NCBI GenBank assembly: GCA_965222025.1
Contig: CBDCTI010000008.1
Coordinates: 408,531 to 472,530, forward strand
Origin: Dehalococcoidia bacterium
GTDB taxonomy: Bacteria; Chloroflexota; Dehalococcoidia; Lucifugimonadales; UBA3495
Length of the DNA: 64,000 bases
Direction: 5' to 3'
A program made the translations under genes and the position numbers. Below the pieces are notes generated by a model. The model saw only the letters and a list, made by a program, of their open reading frames with translations. It searched no databases and was not told where the DNA came from. Numbering within the stretch: position 1 is the stretch's first letter; each line of letters starts with the position of its first letter. Below, in pieces: positions 1 through 11,083 of the stretch.

Positions 1-52
1 ATGCGAGTTCTATGGGGTGATCCTAAGCCTGAAACTTGGAGGACCGTTTTGA

Positions 53-150
53 TGAGAGATACCCGGTTCACCCCGGAGCGGGCTAACCTGGACCTGCGCC
101 AGGCGGAGGAGTGCGCCCCTGTGTCCCAGGTCTGCCGCAGGATGGGCGCG
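53..150 (+). pseudogene. IS3-family OrfA remnant
   Basis: MRDTRFTPE..LRQAEE..PVSQVCRRMG resembles the IS3 OrfA N-terminus; truncated. Confidence 0.4.
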
Positions 151-220
151 CAGCATCCGGCAGTTCGGCCAGCGGTGAAATGGAGAGACTTATGATTGGC
201 ATTCCGTCGCCATCCGCAAC

Positions 221-1085
221 CATGAAACTCACCATGCGCGACGGCGAGGTGATCGTCGTGCGACGACACGGAAACCCCGACGGTCCGCGCATTCTCTTCA
301 GCCACGGCAACGGGCTTGCCGCGGACCTCTATCACCCGCTGTGGTCCGGGCTGACAGACCGGTTCGATCTCTTCATCTACGACATACGGAATCACGGATG
401 GAACCCCGTCGGCGACCGGCTGCACCACAACATTCCCAACTTCGTGCGGGACAGCAGGCTCATTGTCGAGAGTATAGGCGCCCGGTTCGGCCCAGAACCC
501 CTCATCGGGGTGTTCCATTCCCTGTCGGCCGTGGTGTCCCCGCTGCATCAAGAGGAGGCCGGCGGGTTCGCCGCCCTTGTGCTGTTCGACCCTCCTGTCA
601 GCCACCTGGCGCACCCCGAAAGTTACCTCTGGAAACTGGGCGATAGCGTGGCGCACAGGGCCAGAAAGCGGCAGGCGCACTTCGACAGCAGGGCCGAACT
701 CGCCGATAACATCAGGCGCTCCAAGGCTTTTCAATTGGTTCTGCCCGAGGTCCCCGACCTGATTGCCTGGACAACGCTCCGGTCGACTCCTGCGGGCTTT
801 GAGCTTTGTTGCCCACCTGGGTACGAAGCCCAGATTTACGAGTATCTCTTCGCCTGGCGTCCCGAGACCTATGATGTGGGGAACTGCCCTGTGCAGGTGA
901 TCGGAAGCGACCCAACCACACCATTCTCGTTCATGCCAGCCTCGGACCTCGGTACGATGATCCAGATCAACTACGACTTCATACCGGATTCCAGCCACTT
1001 TCTTCCGCTGGAATACCCGGCTGCCTGCATCAGCGCCATGCTTGATTTCCTGGAAAGGAACGACCTGTTGAAGCAGCGGGGCTGA
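221..1085 (+). CDS. alpha/beta fold hydrolase
   Basis: FSHGNG oxyanion motif, FHSLS nucleophile elbow, C-terminal SHFLPLE; start uncertain (192 or 221). Confidence 0.8.
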
Positions 1086-1458
1086 CCGGCGGTTGCGAAT
1101 GGTCCCCGGGGGTCGTTGGCCGGGGCCGGGTCAGCTTTGACGCTCATATTCACAGTCTCCTGGAGATACGCCCGCGGGACTGAAAGGAACCGGTCGAACT
1201 CCAGCGGAAGGGGCCGGTGCATTCAGGACTGCGGACATCGCAACCCTCCCGGTGAGACGGGAAATGAGGACCGGTGGATTCGGAGCGGCAGCTGGGGAAG
1301 CGGGGAGCCCAGGGGACACCGGGTTCTCTATCTCCATCCGCACCGGCAGAAAGCGGGGAACCAGGCGCCTGTCCGGTGCCGGCAAGTTCCGTACTAGCGT
1401 GATGGCCTGCTCCACACGGTACACGTAACTGTCCACTGGATTCCGGGCACAGTCCCTG

Positions 1459-1776
1459 CTACGGTGCTACCCCCCGCATCCTCCCGCAGGGCGAATGCTC
1501 GTGTTCCGGGACGAAGGACCACTCCGGCAGCGCCTGGAGTCCCAGTTCCAGCAGCGACCTCACGGCGGCGTTCAGGGTTGCAGCGGCTCTCCCGGCGTCC
1601 AGGTCCCGGGAATCGCCCTCGTAGAGGATGGTCACTGTGAGGGTGGCTCTTCCCTCGCCGCGTTCGACCGGCTCGGCGATGATGGGTCCGAATATGATGG
1701 AGTCTCCGAATTCCCGCTGAAGGCTTTCCCTGCAAAGGACTTCAACTTTCTCTGCCAACTCCTCATTGGCCGTCAT
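1459..1776 (-). CDS. hypothetical protein (105 aa)
   Basis: ATG preceded by GGAGGAGAG RBS; protein-like composition. Confidence 0.5.
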   Translation of the reverse strand: MTANEELAEKVEVLCRESLQREFGDSIIFGPIIAEPVERGEGRATLTVTILYEGDSRDLDAGRAAATLNAAVRSLLELGLQALPEWSFVPEHEHSPCGRMRGVAP

Positions 1777-2270
1777 AGCTCTCCTCCGCTCTGCTCCGTG
1801 CCGGACAGGTCCGGCGTCACGGGTTCAGCGGGGCATGGTCACGATGATCCTGCCGGTTTCGCGGTCCATCGCCGCGTCGCCGCCAGCGACCATATGGCGG
1901 ATCCCGGCCGCTGGCATCGCTCATGGCTCAGGTCGCCACGTCCCGCTCTCCTCAGCACTGCCAGGGTGTCCCGATTCTTGCTCGTTCCCTATCTGGCCAG
2001 TAGGGCTGGCTGCTTGGATCATGCCCCAAATGGGATTTTCATCCGGAGGTCCCAGGACACGCTGCTGGAGCTCCTTGCCCCGCGCCCGGTCGTTACCGGC
2101 GCCCTGTCGCAACGTTGCCGGCCAGCTGTCGCCGGGACTCAGGCTTTGACCCGTGGTTGGCGGCAGACCCATTGCTGTGTGCGTGGCGTCCGGCAAGCGT
2201 TTGCGCAAGTCGCTGTGGCGCACCTGATCATTTCCTCTCCGGATACTGAGATTTGGCAGCCCATACCGAG

Positions 2271-3482
2271 CTAGCTGCCCTGCTGGTCCTGGTGCCAGCC
2301 GGAACCGAACACCAGCCCGTCGTGCTCGACCACCCAGATGCGCAGGGACTCCGTGGTCACCCAGTTGCCCTCCGGGCTGGCCTCGAACATGGCCACGCCG
2401 AACAGGTCTTCCATGTCCCTTCCCACCAGTTCCTTGTCGTGGTGATCGACGATCCTGCCGCTGCCGTCCACTATGAACGCGGACCATTCCCCCTCAACCG
2501 ACTCCAGGCTGTTGTAGTAGTCGATGGCCGGTGCCAGGCCGGAAAATTCACTCTCCTCCGAGCCTGTGAAATATTCCACGGTCCCCTCCAGCCCCACCTC
2601 GCGGAACTTGCTCACGGCGGCCGCCACAAAGGACTTGGTGAATTCGTCGGCGTCGACGTACCAGCCGGAGCCCAACAGCAGTCCATCGTGCCGCACCACC
2701 CAGGCATTCTTGAGTTGCAACTCGCCGAAATCGTTGCCGATGGACCTGATTTCCGGATTCCCGTACACGTAGGAGACCCACCTGCCCTCCTCGCCGGCGG
2801 ACAGCATCTCCTGGCCGAAGTTGTAGCCGTTGGCGTCGGTGCCCAGCGGGCCCTTGAGGTCCAGACCGACCAGGCTCCCGTCGGGATGGGCGATGACCAG
2901 GTCGTTCTCATCCACGACGAATACGTACCACTGACCGTCGATGCTCTCGACCCGTCTGTAGTGGGCCAGAGTGGCTTCCCGGCCCTCTATTTCGTACCTG
3001 CTGATGGCGTTGTTCACGAAGAACCTGGTGTACTCGGCAGGCGAAGTCTTCGTGGGAGCGGTTGCCACCGCGTACTGGGCCAATGTCCTGGCCTCGTCGG
3101 CGGTAAGCCCGGGCTCGGATTGCGGCAGGTCCGCCATGGCCGCCTGGATGGCAGTTTCCACATCGGCCTGGGTCAGGCCGGGTTCGGGAATCGCAGCCAT
3201 GATCTGCTGCAGGGCCACCTCGATCTGGGCGTTGCTGACGGACGGTTCGGGCATCTGGGCCATGGCCGCCTGAATCGCCGCTTCCACCTCGGCGCGGGTC
3301 AGGCCCGTGGGTTCAGGCGCCGTGGTGGACGTGGCCGCCTCCGAGCGCACGATCTCCTCCACTTCCTCGCGGGTCAGCCCCGCACCGGCGTCCGTGTCGT
3401 CATCGCCGCAGGCGGCCAGCAGGATGGGGACCAACAGGAGCAGAGCCGCCAGCGCCAGGGTCCTGAGCTTCCGGTCAATCAT
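2271..3482 (-). CDS. lipoprotein with two Cache-like sensor domains
   Basis: lipobox LAAC; repeated PGLT..VE.AIQAAMA linker; WYVFVVD..LVIAHP and GSGWY/GSGWH Cache-type motifs; AAAGGAGAAAGG RBS. Confidence 0.75.
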   Translation of the reverse strand: MIDRKLRTLALAALLLLVPILLAACGDDDTDAGAGLTREEVEEIVRSEAATSTTAPEPTGLTRAEVEAAIQAAMAQMPEPSVSNAQIEVALQQIMAAIPEPGLTQADVETAIQAAMADLPQSEPGLTADEARTLAQYAVATAPTKTSPAEYTRFFVNNAISRYEIEGREATLAHYRRVESIDGQWYVFVVDENDLVIAHPDGSLVGLDLKGPLGTDANGYNFGQEMLSAGEEGRWVSYVYGNPEIRSIGNDFGELQLKNAWVVRHDGLLLGSGWYVDADEFTKSFVAAAVSKFREVGLEGTVEYFTGSEESEFSGLAPAIDYYNSLESVEGEWSAFIVDGSGRIVDHHDKELVGRDMEDLFGVAMFEASPEGNWVTTESLRIWVVEHDGLVFGSGWHQDQQGS

Positions 3483-3623
3483 AGGGCGTCCGCCTTTCTC
3501 CTTCAGTTCTGGTGTCCGTGAAAGCATCTCATCAGAACTACCGTGAGGACCGTAGCCGGCCCTCACGGCGGAAATGCCTCAATACGGGGCAGAGGCGCCA
3601 CCATTCCGGCGCCGCCGGATGTC

Positions 3624-6080
3624 TTACACGCCGCCGATGCCGTTCACGAAGTGATTGGAGGCAACAAAATAGTTCGAGTGCGTCAGCGTGGCGTCGTTGC
3701 CCGAGGCGTCCCGGATGGTGCCGTCGTTCAGCGTCAGCTTGTCGGCCCGGATTTCCAGGCCGTCACTCGCCCTGTCGCCCACCGCAACCGTGTATTCGAA
3801 CGCCACATCGGCCCCGCTGCTGTTGCTGCTGCTGTAACCGGCCTGCCGGTTTGCCGAATTGGACATGTTCAGTTCCAGCTGCGGGGTGCCGGTAACGGTC
3901 ACATTCTCGCTGAAGGTCACCGTTACCTGGACGGTGTCGCCGGTGCCGTAGGTCCTGTCGCTGCCGGGATCACTGGTGAATGACAGGGACGAGATAGTCG
4001 GTGCGGTGGTGTCCGAGCCGTCCACCTTGTGGCCGGAGTCCTCGGCCACGGCAGTGTGGGTCAGGGTGGCGTCGTTCTCGGCCTCGTCCTTGATGGTGCC
4101 GCCGTTCAGGGTCAAATTGTCGGCGCCGATGGCGATGCCGTCCGCGTCGCTCTCGTCCTGAGCCACGGTGTAGCTGAAGACCACCGCAGTGCCGGCAGTG
4201 CTGTTATAGTCCGCAGTCTTGGCTGTACCGTCGAAGTCCAGCTCCAGCTGCGGCGTTCCGGTGACGGTCACGTCCTCGCTGAAGGTTACCGTGACCTCTA
4301 TGGAGTCTCCCAACCCATAGATATCGTCGTCACCCGGATCGGAGGTAATGGCAACCGACGAAATGGTTGGGGCGGTTGTGTCCGAGCCCGTAGGACTCCC
4401 CTCAACCTTGTGGTTGGCATCCACCCCCAGGGTCATCGCGTTCCGGTCCTCCCCCGCCCCGGGTTGGTAGAGCGCGTCCGTTCCGGTGGCCTTGATGTCA
4501 TGGCCGTGGGGAAGATAGCCGCTTATGCCGTCACCATCTGTGTCGCCGCTTTCAACGGTGTACTCGAACACCAGGGTGTCAGTGCCGTTGCCTGAGGCGT
4601 ATGTAGCACGGCTATTGTTGGAATCGGAGCCGATTTGCAGGATGACGGCGGCATCGGCTCCGGCGGTCACGTTCTGGTCAAACTGGACACTGACCTGAAT
4701 CACCTCGTCCAGGCCGTAGGTGTCGGACTCAGCGGCAGGAGAGGATGTTATGGAAATAGACTGGGGGTACGGCCGGCCGTCCATCTTGTGGCCGGCCTGA
4801 TCCAGAAGGCCGCTGAAGATTGGAGTCACCACCGTATTGGTGCCCTTGACCTTGATGGTTCCATCGCCGCCCAGGCCCGGGATTCCGATGGTTCGTCTCG
4901 AGGTTTCCAGGATTGTGACGGCGTCAATGATTCCACCGGTTTCCATCGCGGTTCCCAGGATTGTCACGCCGTCTATATCCAGGTCATGCGGCGCCACCGT
5001 ATATCCGAACAACAGGGCGGTGGTGCCGGACCCTCCCTCGAGCCTGGCGCCTCTCTGCCCCATACCAACGTCTCCCACCCGCAGGTTCAGTTGCGGGCTT
5101 CCCTCCACCTCCAGCGGCGCGCTGAAAACGATGGAGAAAGATATGGTCTCACCATGCCGGTAGGTATCGCCGCTGGCCGGGGTGGATGTAATCGCAGTGG
5201 TGGTCCCGTAGGGGAGCAGGCTGCCGTCAATCTTATGGCCCGGCTGGACGGGTAGGCCGGCATAGGTCCGAAAGGCCACTATGTCGGTTCCCTCAGCGGT
5301 GACGGCAGTGTGGTTGACGAAGTTGTGCCAGGTGCCGTTCCCGTCCTGGTAGCCGCCGTCCATACTGATGCCATCGTTATCACGATCGTCTGGCTGGACC
5401 GTGTAGCCGAACACCAGGGTGTCTGACCCAGAATCGCGAAGATAGTTGGCCGCCTTCCAGCCACCGGCCCACATGCCCAGGGCCGGATTGCCGTCCACTT
5501 CAACTGGAACGTTGAAGGTGGCGGAGATCTCGATGGTCTCGCCCACGCCGTAGGTGTCGTCCCAGGCCGGGGACGAGGTTACTTCAACCTCCGTGATTCT
5601 CGGATCGTCGTCGTCTATGATGATGATGTTGCAATTACTGGGCTGGTTCTCTGCCAAAGCACCGGTAGGTCTGTCTATGGACACCTCGAAATACTCGTTG
5701 CCCTCGGCCAGGCCGTCTTGTCTGGTCACAATGGCACGCGCGGAGCGGCCAGTAAGCTGCTCCTCTTCGGTGGACGAATAGAAATTGCCGTGAAAACCAT
5801 AGAAGTCGGCACCGACGGCGCTCCTGACCTGGGTATACCAGTGGGCGCCGAAAGAGTCGTCGTGCTCGTGGTCGGTCACCCGGACCAGGTACACGTCCAC
5901 CGATCCGCCCTCGGGGACCTCCGTGGTGGGGCAGTCCAGGTAGAACGTGGCATCGTCGGCAGCAACCGGCGCAGGGTTGAGGATGCCGGAAATCCAGAAC
6001 AGCGCGACCAAGGCTGAGATAATCAGCACCCCGAGGGTTAGTCCCGGCTTCCTCAGCAGGCTTCCGCGGTTCGCATTCAT
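3624..6080 (-). CDS. secreted/surface protein, Calx-beta-like domain plus about five Ig-like repeats
   Basis: signal/TM segment after MNANRG; repeats of ITS.P...TY..G..I.V.V.FS..V.V.G.P.L.L...LVF.YTV...D.D.DGI. Confidence 0.75.
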   Translation of the reverse strand: MNANRGSLLRKPGLTLGVLIISALVALFWISGILNPAPVAADDATFYLDCPTTEVPEGGSVDVYLVRVTDHEHDDSFGAHWYTQVRSAVGADFYGFHGNFYSSTEEEQLTGRSARAIVTRQDGLAEGNEYFEVSIDRPTGALAENQPSNCNIIIIDDDDPRITEVEVTSSPAWDDTYGVGETIEISATFNVPVEVDGNPALGMWAGGWKAANYLRDSGSDTLVFGYTVQPDDRDNDGISMDGGYQDGNGTWHNFVNHTAVTAEGTDIVAFRTYAGLPVQPGHKIDGSLLPYGTTTAITSTPASGDTYRHGETISFSIVFSAPLEVEGSPQLNLRVGDVGMGQRGARLEGGSGTTALLFGYTVAPHDLDIDGVTILGTAMETGGIIDAVTILETSRRTIGIPGLGGDGTIKVKGTNTVVTPIFSGLLDQAGHKMDGRPYPQSISITSSPAAESDTYGLDEVIQVSVQFDQNVTAGADAAVILQIGSDSNNSRATYASGNGTDTLVFEYTVESGDTDGDGISGYLPHGHDIKATGTDALYQPGAGEDRNAMTLGVDANHKVEGSPTGSDTTAPTISSVAITSDPGDDDIYGLGDSIEVTVTFSEDVTVTGTPQLELDFDGTAKTADYNSTAGTAVVFSYTVAQDESDADGIAIGADNLTLNGGTIKDEAENDATLTHTAVAEDSGHKVDGSDTTAPTISSLSFTSDPGSDRTYGTGDTVQVTVTFSENVTVTGTPQLELNMSNSANRQAGYSSSNSSGADVAFEYTVAVGDRASDGLEIRADKLTLNDGTIRDASGNDATLTHSNYFVASNHFVNGIGGV

Positions 6081-6099
6081 TCTTGACCTCGTTCGGATT

Positions 6100-6143
6100 G
6101 AGATGTCGTTGGTGAGGGCCTGCTCGTCGTCCCGGACCTGCGG
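6100..6143 (-). mobile_element. short IS3 remnant
   Basis: PQVRDDEQALTNDI; DNA similar to 38123-38164 in the IS3 pseudogene. Confidence 0.4.
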
Positions 6144-6498
6144 AACAAAATGACGTCCGCTGTTTGTCAAACGGGTGAGCCGTCCCTCTTTGGGTACGCT
6201 CCTAAAGTGACGCATGCCCCTCCGGTGTTTCGCTAGGTGAAAAGGGAAAATTTGGCCTTTCTCTTCTACCCAATGTTGAGCGAGCACTTTTCCTATTCCG
6301 ATTGATGCAGTGTGCTCTGGTGGCCCCTGAGCGTGGTAGACGCCGCGGGATTGCGCTGCTGGAGGCGGAGGCATTCGGTCTGCAATATCAGAGCGCATCC
6401 GGGCAGGCGACTCGGGACCGGGAGCCTGGGCTTGCTGAGGGCAGGCATGGGACCCATACGGCTTTGGGGTTGCGCCGGCCGCCCTGTCCGACCCGGAC

Positions 6499-6900
6499 GT
6501 GGTCCGGTATGCCGCAACGGTTTCCGTCTGGGGCCGCTGGTTCATCTGGCTGGCTGGTGTCTTCCTGCTGGCCTACCGGCCCGGCTTCTGGTACCCCGGG
6601 GACAACGAATTCCTGGCCATACCCGTGCTGTTGGGGGTGGTCAACGGCCTGGTGCACCACCGGCTACTGACCGACAGGCCCGCTCGTGGCGCTGGATGTT
6701 CCTCATGGGTGCTGCGAACATTACCCCGGCACCACGGGCATCGGCATGGGCGGCGGATTCCGGCGTTTCATCTCCCTGGCTTACTATCCGCCCTTTGCCG
6801 CTTTTGCCGTGGTCCTCTGGTCTTCCTGGCTCAACCGGCTCAACCTGGCTCAGCCTGGCTTGTACGACGGCTCAGTTGCCCAGGGAGCGGGATCGCCGGC
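6499..6900 (+). pseudogene. fragmented membrane protein (possible sensor kinase N-terminus)
   Basis: hydrophobic segments spread across shifting frames. Confidence 0.35.
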
Positions 6901-6949
6901 GCATGGAGGACCCGGGGCGGGCTGCCCGGCAGGGCTAGGTGGACATTCG

Positions 6950-7239
6950 GGCAAAAAAACACCCGCCAGGGGGAGGAGGCCCAAGCCACAGTCCAGCGAA
7001 CGGGTGGTTATTGCCATTGAAAATATCCAGCTTGCCTTCGGTCGTCAGCAGTTGGCAGACGGGGTCGTTCTGCTCCCCAGGTTACGTCGGCTCAACGCAA
7101 GACCGGTTGTGCGAACCGCATTTTCAGCGTTCAACGGCCCTTTCCGGTGTGGGAGTCTATCCCCAGGACTACTTGGGCGCAGGGATTGTTCCCACGCCGC
7201 AACCAGGATAAAAGTTGACGCTGAACACCCTGCGCGCAT
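6950..7239 (-). ncRNA. candidate structured ncRNA, copy 1
   Basis: homologous to 15825-16112, with compensatory and G-U wobble changes in stems; ends in stem plus U-run. Confidence 0.55.
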
Positions 7240-7279
7240 CCCCGCCCCCTCCTTGAGCTGTCGTTGTAATATTGGGGAA

Positions 7280-7597
7280 ATGCCCAGAAAGGTCCAGATC
7301 AAATTCGCCATTGCCGGCTGCCACCGACGGCTTAGGATGACCCTTGCCGAACGCGAGAAACTGAGGCGGGTGGGACGGGAGGATAACGCCACGGCGGGCC
7401 TCGTATGCCCGGCCCACGTGAAGGCCGCCTTCAACTTTGAATTCGACGATATCGACATCGATGTCCCGCTGGGGGAACTTATGGTCGAGGCGTCCAAGGA
7501 AACTCCCCGTTGGCGCGTGATGCTGACCCCCCTGCCGGGGGCGGTGGGTGAGCTGGACGAACAGGCCATGACAGGGTGCGGAGACAGGGTTATCTAG
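7280..7597 (+). CDS. 105-aa hypothetical Cys/His protein, copy 1
   Basis: paralog of 15469..15786 with the same length; AIAGCH and VCPxH motifs. Confidence 0.7.
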   Translation: MPRKVQIKFAIAGCHRRLRMTLAEREKLRRVGREDNATAGLVCPAHVKAAFNFEFDDIDIDVPLGELMVEASKETPRWRVMLTPLPGAVGELDEQAMTGCGDRVI

Positions 7598-7851
7598 TCC
7601 CTCCACGCCGGCTCGTAGCTCCCGGGAGAATCCTGTCAAGTTCAGAGTGCAAAAACTGAAGGGTCTGGCCGGTCCTGCCGCCGCATCCGGCGGGGGGCTT
7701 TGCACAATAAATGTTTTTTATTCGCCATTTGTTGTGCAGGTTTGTTCAGAATCGCCGGTGGCTCCATTGTTCCGCCGTTCCTGTCAGCCTGTTGTCTTTC
7801 TTGAATGCCTTGATTAACGACAATAAGGAATGCCGGTAGCGTCGACTATTT

Positions 7852-9277
7852 TTGCCGGTCGAGATGAGGCAAACCCTCCGGCACGGAGGTGCCGGATTGA
7901 TCAAGGACCGACAAGTCAGGCTACTGAGGCAGAGACTTATGAAAGGAAGAACTCAGGAGACGGCGGCGGCCATGTCTGGGATGAGCGTGCGACCGGCACG
8001 CAAGTGGCAGAGCGGCCCGTTGCCGTCGGAGACCGGCCAGGATCGCTGGTGGCGCACCCGGCCCGACCCATTCGACGGGATTTGGGAGGAGGAGACCCCG
8101 CCCCTGTTCCAAGGTGATCCAGCGGGCAAGCTGAAAGCAACGACGATTACAGGATTGGAGGGCGCTCCACGGTCCGGATCGGGAGGTGTACTTCCCACAG
8201 GAGCATCTGCCGGGGCGCGAGGCCCAGTTCGACTTCACCCACTGCGGGGAACTCAGGGTGACCGTCGCCGGACAGCCCCATACCCATCTGCTGTTCCAGA
8301 TGATTCTCAGCCACTCGGGGTGGCGCTACGCCGAGGTCGCTGCCAGCGAGACCTTCCTGGCATTGCAGCAGGGACTGCAGGCCGCCCTCTGGGCTTTGGG
8401 CGGTGTCCCGGAGGTGGTGCGCAGCGACAATACCTCTGCCGCCACCCACGAGATGCGCCGCAGCCGCGGCCGCGCACTGAACGACAATTACGCCGCTCTC
8501 CTGGACCACTACGACCTGCGCTCCACCCGCATCAATCGTGGCCAGAGCCATGAAAACGGCGTCGCCGAGCAGGGACATTATCGCCTCAAGGATGCCGTGG
8601 ACCAGGCCCTCATCCTGCGCGGCAGCCGCGATTTCCACACCGCCGACGATTACGCCGGCTTCGTCCAGCAGATGGTCGAGAAGCGCAATCGCCTGGTGCG
8701 GGGGAAGCTGGAGCAGGAAATGGCTTGCCTACGGCCCCTGCCACCAGCTCCCATGCCGGAATACGTCAACTACCAGTCCAAGGTGCGCCGGTGGTGCACC
8801 ATCCAGGTAGCGGGACATAGCTACAGCGTCCCCTCCCGTCTCATCGGTAAGGAAGTGCAGATCCGTCTGTACTCCGACTGGATGGAAGTGTACTACAAGG
8901 GCCACCTGGTGGAGGGCATGGCACGGGTATGTGGCGCAGGGGAGGCCAACGTCAATTACCGCCATGTCATCGGCTCGCTGGTGCGCAAGCCCGGAGCCTT
9001 CGCTCACTACCGCTTCCGGGAGCAGCTGTTTCCCACCATGCCCTTCCGGCTGGCCTACGACGCGCTCAAGGAGTGGCGCGGCAAGCGTGCCGACGTGGAG
9101 TACGTGCGGATCCTGCACCTTGCGGCCACAACCATGGAAGCCACGGTGGACAGCGCCCTGTCGTTGCTGCTGGAGGCGGGTGAGCCCTTCGACTACACCC
9201 AGGTCCGGGCAGCCGGACCTGAAAATCTACGACGCCTGCTCACCAGCAGTATGGCGGTGGCGGCGGTGTGTGGATGA
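7852..9277 (+). pseudogene. istA: IS21 transposase IstA with internal deletion/frameshift near 8150
   Basis: WRTRPDPF, QFDFT, VVRSDN, ENGVAE motifs split over two frames. Confidence 0.8.
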
Positions 9278-10056
9278 TTAACACCGACACCAGAGTCGTG
9301 CAGGAACGTATCGGCCAGCTGTGCCACCAATTCAAGCTGCCCACCATGGGCGCCCAGTCGGTGGACCGTTTCACCGCCTCTGGCCACGGCGAAGCACTGC
9401 CCATCTTCCTTGAGGTGCTGGAACAGGAAGCCGACGATCGCCGCCAGCGACGCATCAATCGGTTGCGTCAGTCGTCCAGGCTCCCCACGGGCAAGACCTG
9501 GGAAACCTTCGAGCATCACCGGATGCCCTTGGCGCTGCGTCAGCAACTGGACCATCTGGCCCAGGGCAGTTTCCTGGAGCACGGTGTCAACGTCCTGGCC
9601 TTCGGACTGCCCGGCACTGGCAAGACCCACGCCCTGTGCGCCCTGGGCCACCGGCTGGTGGAAGCCGGCCACTCCGTCCTCTTTGCCCCAGCCTACCGCC
9701 TGGTGCAGGAACTCCTCACCGCCAAGCGAGACCTGGACCTGCCCCGCCGGCTCCGCAAGCTGGACAACTTCGACTTCCTGCTTCTGGACGACCTGGGCTA
9801 TCTGCCCCAGGGGGCTGAGGAGTCCGAGGTGCTCTTCACCCTTATCGCCGAACGCTACGAAAGGAGGTCCCTGGGCATAACGTCAAACCTGGTCTTCTCC
9901 GAGTGGGAGCGCATCTTTGCCAACCCCATGGCCACCGCCGCGGCCATCGACCGGGTGGTGCACCACTCCGTCATCCTCGAGTTTGACGTCCCCAGCTACC
10001 GGACTGACGCAGCCCAGCAGCGGAGCCAAGCAGAGGAGGTGAACCGGCAAAACTAA
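9274..10056 (+). CDS. istB: IS21 helper ATPase IstB
   Basis: GLPGTGKT Walker A, LLLDDLGY, ITSNL, AAAIDRVVHH. Confidence 0.92.
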   Translation: MINTDTRVVQERIGQLCHQFKLPTMGAQSVDRFTASGHGEALPIFLEVLEQEADDRRQRRINRLRQSSRLPTGKTWETFEHHRMPLALRQQLDHLAQGSFLEHGVNVLAFGLPGTGKTHALCALGHRLVEAGHSVLFAPAYRLVQELLTAKRDLDLPRRLRKLDNFDFLLLDDLGYLPQGAEESEVLFTLIAERYERRSLGITSNLVFSEWERIFANPMATAAAIDRVVHHSVILEFDVPSYRTDAAQQRSQAEEVNRQN

Positions 10057-10139
10057 TCGACGACTTTTCGGCAACAATAGTTGACGCGGGACAACGCACC
10101 CCCTGACGCGCCGATTGCCGCGTGACGACATTGGTTAGT

Positions 10140-10590
10140 GGGGAGGTCTCGCAGATAGTCGAATCCAGGTCGATGGTCAAAGGCGCATCGCCGGGTCCTG
10201 CCCCGGCCTTCCATGCGCTTGCCAGCAACTGGCGGCTCACGCGGTCGAGTTGACGGACGTGCCCCCAGCGAAAGCTGCGCAGGAAGGTCCCGAGGGTGGA
10301 TAGCGCCTTGACCACGCAGCCGAGAACACCGACCGTCCCACCGGCACGCAGCGCATCGGCGTCGTCGATGCAGTCGCTGCCCGCCAGGGCGGAGGCGACC
10401 AGCGTCAGCAGCTTGTCCCCCGTGTTGGCCCGCCCCGGAGCACCGCCGAGGTCGAGGTGACGGTCAACGAGTTCCCGCAAGCCCAGGTGTTGGGCGAGGG
10501 TGGCCGGCAGGAGCAGGCCGGCATTGGCCACCAGGCGGTGGTCGTCAAAGACGATGCGGATACGGTCGGGATTGTTTCGTGGCAGCATCT
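10140..10590 (-). pseudogene. IS1380 transposase N-terminal fragment
   Basis: highly similar to the start of 18583..19908; ends at IDLDSTICET. Confidence 0.85.
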
Positions 10591-10737
10591 TGTATCCTGA
10601 CTTAGGCCCGCGACAATAGCTCATATGTGGCGGTCCGGAGCGCGGCAGACCGGTAGCATCTGGGTCATGGTAGACCGACCAATAGCAGGGGTCGCCGCGT
10701 TCCCTAACGGTAGAACCCGGACAGTTGCCTGGGCCAA

Positions 10738-11001
10738 TTAGGGTATCTGGTCCCGGCAAGCCGCCTCCAGCTTGCGGCTGGAGCGAATTCCAGTTATGAA
10801 GCCATACAGCCAGACGCTCAGCAGTGCCCGGGGATGATAGGCCGGCGCTCCCAGCGAGTCGCCTTCTATCGCCACGCCGAGTTCCTTCCAGTCCTCGCGG
10901 TCCAAAGCGTCGACGAACTCGGCCACGAAACGGGCAGGATGGTCCAACGGCAATAACTCATCGAGGGACGGCGGCAACAGCCAAGCCTGCTCACGGGGCA
11001 T
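10738..11001 (-). pseudogene. IS1182-family transposase N-terminal fragment
   Basis: LLPPSLDELLPLDHPARF..PAYHP..SSRKLE. Confidence 0.8.
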
Positions 11002-11083
11002 GTCTCGAAGCAGCGCCCTCTCGACTCCTCTCACAGCGTCTCCGCTAAGCGTACACTCCAATTTTTGAGACAGGCTGTTTGGT

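Larger units (their letters stand above)
7782..10130 (+). mobile_element. IS21-family element (ends approximate)
   Basis: istA/istB pair; subterminal repeats GCGTC(G/A)ACTATT; TGT..ACA-type ends. Confidence 0.75.

Noticed and set aside
6081-6545. long N-terminal extension of the 973-aa ORF
   Set aside because: runs through IS3 remnant DNA upstream of a clear signal segment; the start at 6080 is preferred
6945-7020. c-di-GMP-I riboswitch (GGCAAA..AAGCCACAG)
   Set aside because: lacks the GNRA-capped P2, and the wobble pattern favours the opposite strand
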